Position numbers and translations under genes: made by a program
Notes under the pieces: generated by a model
Told to the model about the DNA's origin: nothing
The model's input: the letters and a program-made list of their open reading frames with translations, nothing else
The model's database searches: none
Source of the DNA: Fuerstiella sp.
GTDB taxonomy: Bacteria; Planctomycetota; Planctomycetia; Planctomycetales; Planctomycetaceae
Length of the DNA stretch: 64,000 bases
Assembly (NCBI GenBank): GCA_041688835.1
Contig: JBDNHJ010000047.1
Coordinates: 334-64,333, forward strand
Reading direction: 5' to 3'
Part shown: piece by piece, positions 29,528 to 38,876 of the stretch
How the letters are laid out: every line of letters starts with the position of its first letter
Position numbering within the stretch: the stretch's first letter is position 1

Positions 29528-30028
29528 ATGAAGCTTCGAACCAGAAATCCAGACGGCGACAAGATCGAAATGCAGATGTCGTCGATGATCGACGTCGTCT
29601 TTCAGCTGCTGATTTTCTTCATGCTGACGCTGAAGATTATTGAGCCAGAAGGTGACTTCGACATCAACATGCCACTGGGAGCACCTGCGCAATCGTCCGT
29701 GGAACCGGATCTGCCACCCTTAAAAGTGCGGATGATCGCCGACGCCAACGGGCAGCTGGCGCAGCTGACTTTCAACGGTCGTGATATGGGCCGGGGTGAT
29801 GAAGCGTTTCAACGGCTGAATCTGGAAGTGCTGAAGTCGGTCAATGCGCTGAGTGCTGCCGGGCCGGGTACGGTGGACAAGCAGGAGGTTGAAATCGATC
29901 CGGACTACGAGCTGGACTATTCCAACATCATCGCCGCCATCGGTGCGTGTTCTGGCAAGATGGAAAACAAAAAGATGATCCGCTACATCAGCCGCATCAA
30001 GTTCGCCCCCATCCGCGCGGAAGAGTAG
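29528..30028 (+). CDS. exbD: second ExbD/TolR family protein
   Basis: 'MSSMIDVVFQLLIFFMLT'. Confidence 0.9.
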   Translation: MKLRTRNPDGDKIEMQMSSMIDVVFQLLIFFMLTLKIIEPEGDFDINMPLGAPAQSSVEPDLPPLKVRMIADANGQLAQLTFNGRDMGRGDEAFQRLNLEVLKSVNALSAAGPGTVDKQEVEIDPDYELDYSNIIAAIGACSGKMENKKMIRYISRIKFAPIRAEE

Positions 30029-30176
30029 TTCAGGCTGGGCTGTTCAAACTTCGGTCTTGCACAGAGTTTTGGTTTGCGCAATTTTTGTTCAGCGTGATTC
30101 AGTCCCGGCGGGCAACGCCGTTAAGGATTTTCGCAAGGGAAGACATTGGTGAAATAGGAATTGCCATCTGCGACTC

Positions 30177-30258
30177 AGGCCCGAATGGGCTGACACAGGC
30201 TTTGCCGGAGCCATCAGGCCCCGGTCATGTCTAGGAGTGGCTGAAAGGCCCGACACAG
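30177..30258. repeat. intergenic REP-like composite element (family C, copy 2, diverged)
   Basis: AGGCCCGAATGGGCTGACACA - TGCCGG..CCGG - AGGCCCGACACA; same layout as 2554-2637. Confidence 0.45.
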
Positions 30259-30337
30259 CAATGACCGGTTCATGCTGTGTCTGATTTTGAGTCCCGGCGG
30301 GACGACAGACGTCGCCCGTGATTGACCGCTCGATTTG

Positions 30338-31900
30338 CTACTGCGTCCGGCCAGCGGTTTCTCGTTCGCGTTCTTCCACTTCCGCGTCTTCGCCCATGTA
30401 GCGTCGAGCGGAAATCTTGGGGCCTCGCAGGGCTTCTTCGGTCACTTGCTCGATTCGCAGCAGTTGCTCGCCCAGCGTATTGATTCTGTTCGAAACATCT
30501 TCGTTCGTTTGATCGATCCCGCCCGAAACCAGATTGATCACGCCTAGAAACAGCATCATCTGAGCGACCGTGGTGACCAGCCAGCCGGTGGGCGTGTAGT
30601 CTGAATATCCCAGAAAGTGACCGCAGATCACGATGGCCGTTCCAATGGTCAGCCCTAACACTCCCAGATAGGCCAGCACGTGTCCGGTCATTGATGTCAG
30701 GTTGGTGCGTTTGGGGGCCGTCACCTGAAAATGCGGTCCACGAATCGCGTCTTCGTGAGCTTCGTCGATGTAACGTCGACGAGGCCGATTTTTGGTGCGT
30801 ACTCGGCTGTCACCAGTTCGCAGAGTTTCACCCAATGGTACTCCGTCGTCGATCCGATGCCGACGACCACCTTGGGGTGAGTTGCTTTGAATTTTGGTGC
30901 CAGCCACATTGGCTTTGACTTCCTCGGGAGCCTCTTGTGGCTCGCCGCCCGGTGTGTCGACTCGGAATTTTCGGCTCACGGGTTTCGATCCTTGCTGTTC
31001 GGCGTCTGCCGAGTGTTTTCGTTCGCGTGTTGGTCTAGGCTGAGAAGTTCGGCGCTGATTCGCTCGCGGCCGAGATGTTGGGGTGTCTGATTCTGTGCTG
31101 TTGTTTGGCGTCGATGCTGCGGTTTTCGATTCTGCCGTGGTGTCGACTTCCGCTGCGTCGGTTTGTGCTGCACGGGCCGCGAGTGCAACCGGTAACGAAA
31201 CGTATTTTGGCTGTCGCGAAGTGAATTCGACTTCATCGCTGGTGTGTTCGAGTGTTGCTTTTGCCGTGGGCTGTCGTGTGTCTGTGCCCGTCTTAGAATC
31301 AACCAGCTGCGGCACTGCGATTTCAGCCTCTGGTTCTGATTGGGTTTCCGATGTTTCCTGGTGTGCGGCTTCTGGAATCGATGCCGGTTGTGGCGATTCT
31401 TCGACTATCAGATCGTCCTCAGTGATCTCAAAGTCCGCAGCATCATCATCGATTTGCATCGCTGAATGGTCCCTAACATCGTCGATCACTGCAGAAATCG
31501 ACTCAAACAGCCCGTCTTGCTCTATTTCGGTTGTTGGCTCATGTGTGGTGTCGTTCAGGATCTGCGCGGCACTCGTTTTCGGCAACTCAGTTGCAGAGTT
31601 GTCGGGCTCCGTCTCATATCCGGATTGTTCGGGCTGAACTGGCGTTTTTTCCACCTCCGCCTGTGCCACAGAATTCGCCGAAAAATGCGGCCGAGACATG
31701 GGCGGAATGGGGGGCAATGCAGAAATCTGGTCCAGTAGATCGCTGGACGACCATTTGGCAATGATGTCGCGAGCCTGTCGAATCGTGTTCTCCGACGACC
31801 TGCCGCCCGCCACTGGCTTGCCACATTTCGCGCAGGCGGATCGTCCTGCAGAGAACTCTGCTGTCGCTGTCGTTTCGGATTTGCAGTGAGGACACCACAT
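30338..31900 (-). CDS. hypothetical protein: N-terminal Zn ribbon, long disordered region, two C-terminal TM helices
   Basis: 'MWCPHC...CAKCG'; acidic/Pro-rich middle; hydrophobic 'LAYLGVLGLTIGTAIVI' and 'WLVTTVAQMMLFLGVI'. Confidence 0.75.
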   Translation of the reverse strand: MWCPHCKSETTATAEFSAGRSACAKCGKPVAGGRSSENTIRQARDIIAKWSSSDLLDQISALPPIPPMSRPHFSANSVAQAEVEKTPVQPEQSGYETEPDNSATELPKTSAAQILNDTTHEPTTEIEQDGLFESISAVIDDVRDHSAMQIDDDAADFEITEDDLIVEESPQPASIPEAAHQETSETQSEPEAEIAVPQLVDSKTGTDTRQPTAKATLEHTSDEVEFTSRQPKYVSLPVALAARAAQTDAAEVDTTAESKTAASTPNNSTESDTPTSRPRANQRRTSQPRPTRERKHSADAEQQGSKPVSRKFRVDTPGGEPQEAPEEVKANVAGTKIQSNSPQGGRRHRIDDGVPLGETLRTGDSRVRTKNRPRRRYIDEAHEDAIRGPHFQVTAPKRTNLTSMTGHVLAYLGVLGLTIGTAIVICGHFLGYSDYTPTGWLVTTVAQMMLFLGVINLVSGGIDQTNEDVSNRINTLGEQLLRIEQVTEEALRGPKISARRYMGEDAEVEERERETAGRTQ

Positions 31901-32366
31901 TTGCGCAAGGCACCTGTCAGAAATAGAACCGTGATTGCCTTGAGTTCTACCGGTGATCGCCGAATTTCAGCAAGATCAGATCACCTGCGCCGCAGGCCCA
32001 GAAACCCTTGCCAAACCCGGTTCGCCGACGAAACCGGCAGGTCTTGCCTGTTCGGACCGTTTCGCACACCCAACCAGCCAAACCGCGCCGTTGCTGCTAC
32101 CGGCGCACAAACAAGGGCTGCGGACCAAAATTGGTCAGCAACCCTTGTCAGCGTTTCCCTGCTTCGCATCTGAGAGTCTATCCGGAAATATGGGCAGTAA
32201 AAACATTGGCATCAGTGAAGTCTCCCGACGGGCTCAAACGGCCACTTCGAGTGAAACTAAACGAATTAGCCATTTTGAAGGTCACCTCGAAAGTTGAATA
32301 GTCGTGGAAAAGCTGGAATTCTTTCCCGGACAGACTCTGAGATGTGAAGGGTGCCGCTCGTGGATT

Positions 32367-33797
32367 TTAGAACTTCCAAGTGGTTTGAATGTAGAACTGG
32401 CGAGCGTCTTCGCGAGTCGCAAATTCGTCCCCGTACATAAACCAGAAGTATCCGGCCTGAACGTTGAAGTTCTTGGTGACTGGAATCGTTGCGAGCAGGT
32501 CGATTTCCGAACCAATGTCGCCGTTTCCGTTCGTGCCGCCCAGTGGAGCACCTACGATGTTGTAAGTGAAGTCGCCATCTTCGGCTTTGCTGAAGTAGTG
32601 GTAAGACAATGCCAGAGCCAGCTTTTTGTGAGGCTTCAGGCTGGCCGTCAAGCCGACATCATTTAGGTTCTGGCCGCTGAAGTTATCAATCAAACCCCAG
32701 TAGGCGTGGCCCAGTGGATACATCGTGTAGAAGGTGTTATTGGTTCCACCAGCCGCTTGGTCTGTTCCGGAACTCCAATAGTAGAACGCTTTCAGACCGG
32801 GAGTCCACTTCGCTTCGTTGAATGTGTAACCCAGCTCAGCGGACGCCATTCCCGCACTCACGTCCTGCTTGATTCCACCGAAATTGTCACTGCCGAATTG
32901 GTACGCTCCTTCAAGATCCCAAGCCCAAGTACCAACCAGCTTGTCCGATTCTTTGATCGGCTGACTGCCGGCGATCCGCATGCCGAGCGTGTGGCGACTT
33001 CCGTCCTGACGATTCACCAGCGCGTTGTCTTCGTCCGTATACAACCAGTACAGATCTAGCTTCGACTGTTCGAGGCCTTTGTAGGTTGTGTAAATCCCTG
33101 AAATCGTGTGGTCGTTGTCGGCGGAGTCCAGAGAATTGACGCCGAATCCAGAGCCACCAGCAGCAGCATTCACACTGCTCATCATAAAAGCGTCGGCATC
33201 CCAGTCCTTGCCGGAATACACCAACTTGTGACCTTCGAAGTTGCGGAACGTGTTCGCCCAAGCCAGCGGGGATAACAGTCGTTGGCCACCGTACTGCAAG
33301 AACTGACGACCGTATCGATACTTCAGCGACGAATCCTTGTCGTTCAGAATTGCGATTTCGCCGTAGTAACGCAGGAAGTCGAACCGGTTCACATCGATCG
33401 GCACGCGAGTGTAAGGCACATCGCCTTCTTGCCAAGCCGATGCATCGATCCCTTCCACAAAGCCGCCCAAGCGTTCATTGAACTGCATCTTCATATAGGG
33501 CGTAAAACGCCACAACGAATATTCAGCGTTTCCGCCGGGCGGACGCAGACGATTGTCTTCGTTCATAAATCGGTGACGCAGTTCACCACCGACGGAGTAG
33601 GTCATGCCGCCCACTTTTTTATTCTTCAGAGCCGCAAAGATCGACTCATCACCAGCGACCTGATTGAAAATTTCGTGGACATCAATTGATGTGCAACCGG
33701 TGGAGGAATCTTCGGCGTTGGCCGCCGACACTCTGCCAGTCAACAGGGACGACAGCAGTACTGCCGCCCCGAATATCCGAACATGACTAAAAAACAT
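32367..33797 (-). CDS. outer-membrane beta-barrel porin, alginate export (AlgE) family
   Basis: Signal peptide from ATG 33797; 'SVGGELRHR', 'GRQFLQYGGQRLLSPLAWANTFRNFEG', 'IGSEIDL', terminal 'YIQTTWKF'. Confidence 0.85.
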   Translation of the reverse strand: MFFSHVRIFGAAVLLSSLLTGRVSAANAEDSSTGCTSIDVHEIFNQVAGDESIFAALKNKKVGGMTYSVGGELRHRFMNEDNRLRPPGGNAEYSLWRFTPYMKMQFNERLGGFVEGIDASAWQEGDVPYTRVPIDVNRFDFLRYYGEIAILNDKDSSLKYRYGRQFLQYGGQRLLSPLAWANTFRNFEGHKLVYSGKDWDADAFMMSSVNAAAGGSGFGVNSLDSADNDHTISGIYTTYKGLEQSKLDLYWLYTDEDNALVNRQDGSRHTLGMRIAGSQPIKESDKLVGTWAWDLEGAYQFGSDNFGGIKQDVSAGMASAELGYTFNEAKWTPGLKAFYYWSSGTDQAAGGTNNTFYTMYPLGHAYWGLIDNFSGQNLNDVGLTASLKPHKKLALALSYHYFSKAEDGDFTYNIVGAPLGGTNGNGDIGSEIDLLATIPVTKNFNVQAGYFWFMYGDEFATREDARQFYIQTTWKF

Positions 33798-34313
33798 TTT
33801 CAGAATGCTTCCTGAATACGTCCATGATGGCAGCCAAGATGGCCCCGAGATCCATTCGGCCCGAACATTTCTTAGGGGGTGAGGATCCAATCCCGCACTT
33901 CCCGCCTCCGCAGTCCTGTTCCCGCTGACTGGAGGTGATTTCGACGATTTCCTCAACAGCAACGCACTCTATTGTTCGACAACCCGAAAACCGTTCAGGC
34001 GCTCGCAAAACCCTTGGCATATTCGGCAGAAACGGACCAACCGTTATGTGGAAACCCCCGCGTATTCGGGGAAAGCGGCGTCCAACGGTGTTTAGTCGAG
34101 AATTTACACGACCGAGCCTTCAGCAGAGCGTCGTCTTTGTACGGTGGGAATTTGGTGCCCATGCCATTGAACGTGAAGCCGGGCACTCGCAGTTCGCCCT
34201 TGCCATTCACGACGAACATCGGCCCGGAATCTCGTGACCAGCAATCGTATGGCAGTCTGTTGCCGGAACCCTTCGATACATTCTGCACGTTCAAAACCGA
34301 ATTCTCGAATTCT

Positions 34314-35966
34314 CTAATTCGCCATCACCGTCACGGCGACAACGCGACCGTTTACCAACGTGGGCACAGCTAAACCGAAGGCTGGTGGTGGGCCGCCGGG
34401 TGAACGCAGGATGGTCGAAGCTTGTCCGTTATCGACCACAACCGGCCCCCGACTTTGCAGGCAACGGCCCGCAATGCTGGCATCCAAAGATTGCGAAACA
34501 GTACCCATCTGTGAGTTCAAAGATGGTATCCCATCAATGTACTCACTGACTAGCTGCACACTCTGTTCGTCGCTGCCGGGCTTCCAAACCTGCAATAGCG
34601 AGAACATCGGCGTGTTCTCGGAATTAAACATCAAAAACACATCGCTGGTGGAAGCTCCAGAATCCGTCAGCGGCAATGCAACGCCAGAAATCAATAGTTC
34701 GGCCGCCAATGCAATCCCACGCACGGAGTTTCTGTCATCCGCAAAACGTGCCCCGATATACGGACGCGCCTGCTCCGCCGCGTAACCCGGTAGACCTTCG
34801 CCGATCGGCAAAGACATGAAGCTGCTGAGCCGTCTGAGTTTTTCGCAGTTGATGAATGTTCCACCAGACAAACGCAAACACGAACTACTCGGATCAATCC
34901 GCCAAGATTCGAACGCGGCCTTCATCTGATGACGGCTGTCCAGCAAGATCAGCACCACGGATTGAATTCGCTCCTGACAGAACACAGGAAACCCGACAGC
35001 GGTTGTCATGCCAGCCGCACCGGCCTCGCTGCTGCGCACAAAGTCGCTGGTAATCAGTTCTTTCAGAAAACTCGGTGCGTGAGTTTCCCAAACTTTGCCC
35101 GGCAATCCTTCGCCACGACGAAACGTGACGCCCTGAGACGCTTCTCGAAAAGCGACCGCATCACGGTAACAACTTTGTGACAGAACCAATTGCGTTTCAT
35201 CAGCAGACGGACTCCAGACCTCAATGCCTTTCACACCTTGATTCGTATCCGGCACAAAAGCGCTGCGTAGCCCGCTGGAGGCAAAGCCTTGGTCATAGTA
35301 CTTTCCGGAAACCGCCAACGCCACCAACTCTGCGACAGACTCCACACTGACTTTCTTCATCAGCCGAAACCTTCGGTCTTCCACAGCGCGCACGGTGATG
35401 CCCAGCAGGACTGCGATTTCTTTATTTTTTTTGCCATCCATGATCAGCTGCAGAACCTCAATCTCTTTCTCCGTCGCTTCTTTCATGCGCAACGATGCGT
35501 CGCGGCACACATCGACAGTCGACTGATTGCGAATGCTCAGCTCGACAGCTTTAGTCAATGTTGACACTAACTTTTGATGCTCGAGCGGCTGACTGAGCAC
35601 AGAAAAAACGCCCAACTGCATGAGTTCAACGGCATTGGATGAAGAATCCGAAGTCGGCAGCACCACCAGCGGCATCGAAAAAAAGTGGGCTTTGACTCGA
35701 CCAATCAGATTCGCATTCTGCGCGACGTCCTGTTCGCAAGGCACGAGCACGCAGCCTGTCGAAGACGGCCCTGCAGATTCCAGCAGACTTTCGAGCGTTG
35801 GGTACTGCCTAAAGCCGAACCCGATGGTTTCCGTGGCATCCAAAACGGGAATTGTTGCCAGTGGCGTCAACGCCACAGCATGAATGGTCACGGCAGAAGG
35901 TAGATTTTGGTCAGTTGAGGAATTCATTGTAGCAATCCGCCTTGATGGTTGATGAAGGCGGGTCAT
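34314..35966 (-). CDS. degenerate receiver + LuxR HTH regulator with three C-terminal GAF-like repeats
   Basis: FixJ-like N-terminus; HTH 'TEKEIEVLQLIMDGKKNKEIAVLLGITVRAVEDRR'; GAF motifs 'GEGLPGKVW', 'GEGLPGYAA', 'SIAGRC'. Confidence 0.8.
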   Translation of the reverse strand: MTRLHQPSRRIATMNSSTDQNLPSAVTIHAVALTPLATIPVLDATETIGFGFRQYPTLESLLESAGPSSTGCVLVPCEQDVAQNANLIGRVKAHFFSMPLVVLPTSDSSSNAVELMQLGVFSVLSQPLEHQKLVSTLTKAVELSIRNQSTVDVCRDASLRMKEATEKEIEVLQLIMDGKKNKEIAVLLGITVRAVEDRRFRLMKKVSVESVAELVALAVSGKYYDQGFASSGLRSAFVPDTNQGVKGIEVWSPSADETQLVLSQSCYRDAVAFREASQGVTFRRGEGLPGKVWETHAPSFLKELITSDFVRSSEAGAAGMTTAVGFPVFCQERIQSVVLILLDSRHQMKAAFESWRIDPSSSCLRLSGGTFINCEKLRRLSSFMSLPIGEGLPGYAAEQARPYIGARFADDRNSVRGIALAAELLISGVALPLTDSGASTSDVFLMFNSENTPMFSLLQVWKPGSDEQSVQLVSEYIDGIPSLNSQMGTVSQSLDASIAGRCLQSRGPVVVDNGQASTILRSPGGPPPAFGLAVPTLVNGRVVAVTVMAN

Positions 35967-35994
35967 TCAAAATCAAAGGACAAAAAGACGACAC

Positions 35995-36966
35995 CTAGAA
36001 CATAAGATTCAGCACGCTGCGCAACACGTCACTTCGAAACACCGGAATCAAAAGACTAAAACTGGCACCCGCCGGAAGTTTTGCATTGTCTGCCGTCACA
36101 AGAATCGGCTGGCCAGCGACAGCCGTCAGCTGCAACAACGCGGATCGCCATGCTTCTGGACGGACTTCGGAATCAAATCGCACGCCAGTTTCACCAACAT
36201 TCGACAGGCTGACTAACCGAACCGCAGGTGCCTCATTAGCCTGCGTTTGCAGCGGTTCACAGTCCCACAGTTCTATCAGCGAAGACAGCGGTGTGACCGA
36301 TGAACTCAATAGCAACAATACGGACGCTGGAAACCCGCGAGTATGACCAATCGGCAAACCAATGGCCGCGCTGATTTGCGCCTCGTCGTTGCCAAAAGAA
36401 CGAATGAAGGAATCGCTGTGCCCCAGATTTTGCAGCAGGTCGGGCAGTCCGGTTTGCCAGACTCGGCCCGGCACGCCTGCGCCATTGGGGAATCGCGTAT
36501 AGCGAGAAATGAATTCGAAAGATTCCAGTCCCGAATAGTGCGCAGCACTCACGGCCAGCTCGTCACGTTCATCGCGATCCCAAACCTCCGCTGCACCGAA
36601 TCCTGCTCCCAAGCCAAGCAAGACCACGCCGCGAATTTCCTGCTGGCAAAACACGGGAACCGCCACCACGGCAGCCAAATCCGCTTCACTGCGAGCGTTC
36701 ACAGCCGCCAGTTGATCGCCATCCAGTTGCTGCACAACGGCGACAGATTTTTGCTGCCACGCCTTGCCAGCCAGTCCCTCACCCGATGCCAATTCGGCCA
36801 CCTGAACCAGAAGGTCATGCCGCACTTTATGATCCACCGACTGCGCAGACACAAGCCGCAACTTTGTCGCATCGTTGTTGGGAATCCAAACTTCGACGTA
36901 TCGCACCAGCGGCTCTGCTCGAACTTCGAATTGCGTTGTTGAACTTTCTGTGGAGGACATGATCAC
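35995..36966 (-). CDS. stand-alone triple GAF-like domain protein
   Basis: Repeats begin 'YVEVWIP', 'AAEVWDR', 'LIELWDC'; 'GEGLAGKAW', 'GAGVPGRVW'; colinear with the C-terminus of 34314-35966. Confidence 0.8.
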   Translation of the reverse strand: MIMSSTESSTTQFEVRAEPLVRYVEVWIPNNDATKLRLVSAQSVDHKVRHDLLVQVAELASGEGLAGKAWQQKSVAVVQQLDGDQLAAVNARSEADLAAVVAVPVFCQQEIRGVVLLGLGAGFGAAEVWDRDERDELAVSAAHYSGLESFEFISRYTRFPNGAGVPGRVWQTGLPDLLQNLGHSDSFIRSFGNDEAQISAAIGLPIGHTRGFPASVLLLLSSSVTPLSSLIELWDCEPLQTQANEAPAVRLVSLSNVGETGVRFDSEVRPEAWRSALLQLTAVAGQPILVTADNAKLPAGASFSLLIPVFRSDVLRSVLNLMF

Positions 36967-37020
36967 AGCGTGTTCCTTGTGATTGGTTTCGGGAACGAAT
37001 CCCGCAAACGCCTTGTTCTG

Positions 37021-37911
37021 TTAAACACTGACCGGCTCCTCGACAAATTCGTCGATCTGCTCTTCCGACGTTTCTTTAAAAGAACTCTGCTGCTGTTTCG
37101 CAAACACGGCGACATGAGCCTCTTTGCGATACTCCTGTTTCTGCAGAAACGACAACAGACAGGCTCGGAAGTCGTAGTAGTGAGGATGGTCCAGCACTTC
37201 GGCTCGGACTCGAGGTCGGGCAAATGGGATTTCCAGCACCTGCCCCACGGTGGCTTCCGGACCATTGGTCATCATGCAGATTCGATCCGACATATAAATG
37301 GCTTCGTCGACATCGTGAGTAATCACCAGCGTGGTGATTTTTTCACGATCCAGAATTTCCAAAATCACATCTTGCAGATCCATGCGAGTCAGCGAATCCA
37401 AACGCCCGAAAGGCTCATCCAGCAGCAGCATTCGCGGCTTCAACGCAATCGCTCGAGCGATCCCGACGCGCTGCTGCATGCCCCCCGACATTTCTCGCGG
37501 GTACTTATGCATCGAATCCGCCAACCCAACAACGCTCAGATAGTATTCACAGATCTGTTTGCGTTCGGCTTTTGTGCCGTGCGGATAAACCTGATTGATG
37601 CCCAGCATCGCGTTTTCATACGACGTCATCCACGGCAACAGACAGGGAGATTGAAACACGACCGCTCGATCCGGTCCGGGCCCCGAGACTTCGCGACCAT
37701 TGACAATCAGAGAACCTGAAGTGATCGGATTTAGCCCGGCCAGCATTGTCAGCACCGTCGACTTTCCGCAGCCCGAATGGCCAATGACCGAAACCACCTC
37801 TCCCTTGCGCAGGATCAGATTAAAGTCCTTTACGACCGCAATATCCTGCCCAAATGGGTTCGGATAAGCTTTCGTCAGGTTCGCGATTTCGACGTAACGG
37901 TTTTCGTTCAT
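37021..37911 (-). CDS. nrtD: nitrate/cyanate/bicarbonate ABC transporter ATPase (NrtD-like)
   Basis: 'GHSGCGKST', '[11 protein letters not shown]', 'MSGGMQQR', 'LLLDEPFG'. Confidence 0.85.
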   Translation of the reverse strand: MNENRYVEIANLTKAYPNPFGQDIAVVKDFNLILRKGEVVSVIGHSGCGKSTVLTMLAGLNPITSGSLIVNGREVSGPGPDRAVVFQSPCLLPWMTSYENAMLGINQVYPHGTKAERKQICEYYLSVVGLADSMHKYPREMSGGMQQRVGIARAIALKPRMLLLDEPFGRLDSLTRMDLQDVILEILDREKITTLVITHDVDEAIYMSDRICMMTNGPEATVGQVLEIPFARPRVRAEVLDHPHYYDFRACLLSFLQKQEYRKEAHVAVFAKQQQSSFKETSEEQIDEFVEEPVSV

Positions 37912-37950
37912 AATGTTTGGCAATTGCAGTTTTCAGCGTCGATGTTATGT

Positions 37951-38802
37951 CTACACGGCCGTGAAATCGTAAGGAGACAAGTCCGGTAGCGTCACATCGG
38001 CGACCTTCCGAAGCTGTTTCGCTTCCTGATTGATGTCTGTCAGATAGCGCGTCACCTTGTTTCGCAGCGTTTTGAAATCCGGATTAAAGTTCAGCGTCGT
38101 TCGGTCTCGTGGTCGACTCAGCGTGACCGGAAAAGACTGTCCCAACGTGGCTTTCGGGCCGGGCGTCAATGCGATAATTCGATCCGCCATCAACACGGCT
38201 TCGTCGACATCGTTGGTGATCATCACCACTGTCCGACGATCTTCTTCCCAGATGCGAATAATCTCATCCTGCAAATTCGCCCGCGTCAAAGCGTCCAAAG
38301 CACTCAACGGCTCATCCAGCAGCAACACGTCTGGCCGCATAGAAAGAGTTCGCGCCAGCGATAGCCGCTGACGCATGCCTCCGGATAACTCACTGGGGTT
38401 TTTCCATTCCGATCCGGTCAACGAAACCATCGCGATGTAGTGCTGAATATGCTGCTTGCGTTCCGCCTTGGTCATCTGCGGAAACACCTGCTTCACCGCT
38501 AGCTCAATGTTCCCAAACACGCTCAGCCACGGCAGCAGGGAATAGTTCTGAAACAGAATGCCGCGTTCGGGCCCCGGTGCGGTCACCATTTTTCCATGCA
38601 TGCGAACTTCGCCAACATCTGGCTGCTGAATCCCGGCCAGCAGATTCATCAACGTCGACTTACCACTGCCCGAGAATCCAATAATGGCCACGAACTCATT
38701 GTGCTGCACGGTCAAGTTGATATTCGCGAGGATTTCCGTGCGCGAATCAACCTGGCCGAAGCCAACGTCGACGCTATCGATTTCAAGCGCTGCGATTGTC
38801 AT
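37951..38802 (-). CDS. nrtC: nitrate/cyanate/bicarbonate ABC transporter ATPase (NrtC-like, ATPase domain only)
   Basis: 'GFSGSGKST', '[10 protein letters not shown]', 'LSGGMRQR', and 'ITNDVDEA' with Asn at the H-loop. Confidence 0.82.
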   Translation of the reverse strand: MTIAALEIDSVDVGFGQVDSRTEILANINLTVQHNEFVAIIGFSGSGKSTLMNLLAGIQQPDVGEVRMHGKMVTAPGPERGILFQNYSLLPWLSVFGNIELAVKQVFPQMTKAERKQHIQHYIAMVSLTGSEWKNPSELSGGMRQRLSLARTLSMRPDVLLLDEPLSALDALTRANLQDEIIRIWEEDRRTVVMITNDVDEAVLMADRIIALTPGPKATLGQSFPVTLSRPRDRTTLNFNPDFKTLRNKVTRYLTDINQEAKQLRKVADVTLPDLSPYDFTAV

Positions 38803-38817
38803 GGTTTCATTTCCAAT

Positions 38818-38872
38818 GTGGGATAGGCTTCCAGCCTGTCATTCCGGTGGACAGGCTGGAAGCCTATCCTAC
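38818..38872. repeat. GTGG/GTAG-type REP doublet (family B) between nrtB and nrtC
   Basis: GTGGGATAGGCTTCCAGCCTGTC / GACAGGCTGGAAGCCTATCCTAC; 23-bp arms with one mismatch. Confidence 0.88.
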
Positions 38873-38876
38873 TTGA

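Noticed and set aside
34145-34165. sigma54 promoter for the porin (GGGCACCAAATTCCC, minus strand)
   Set aside because: The invariant -12 GC is replaced by CC
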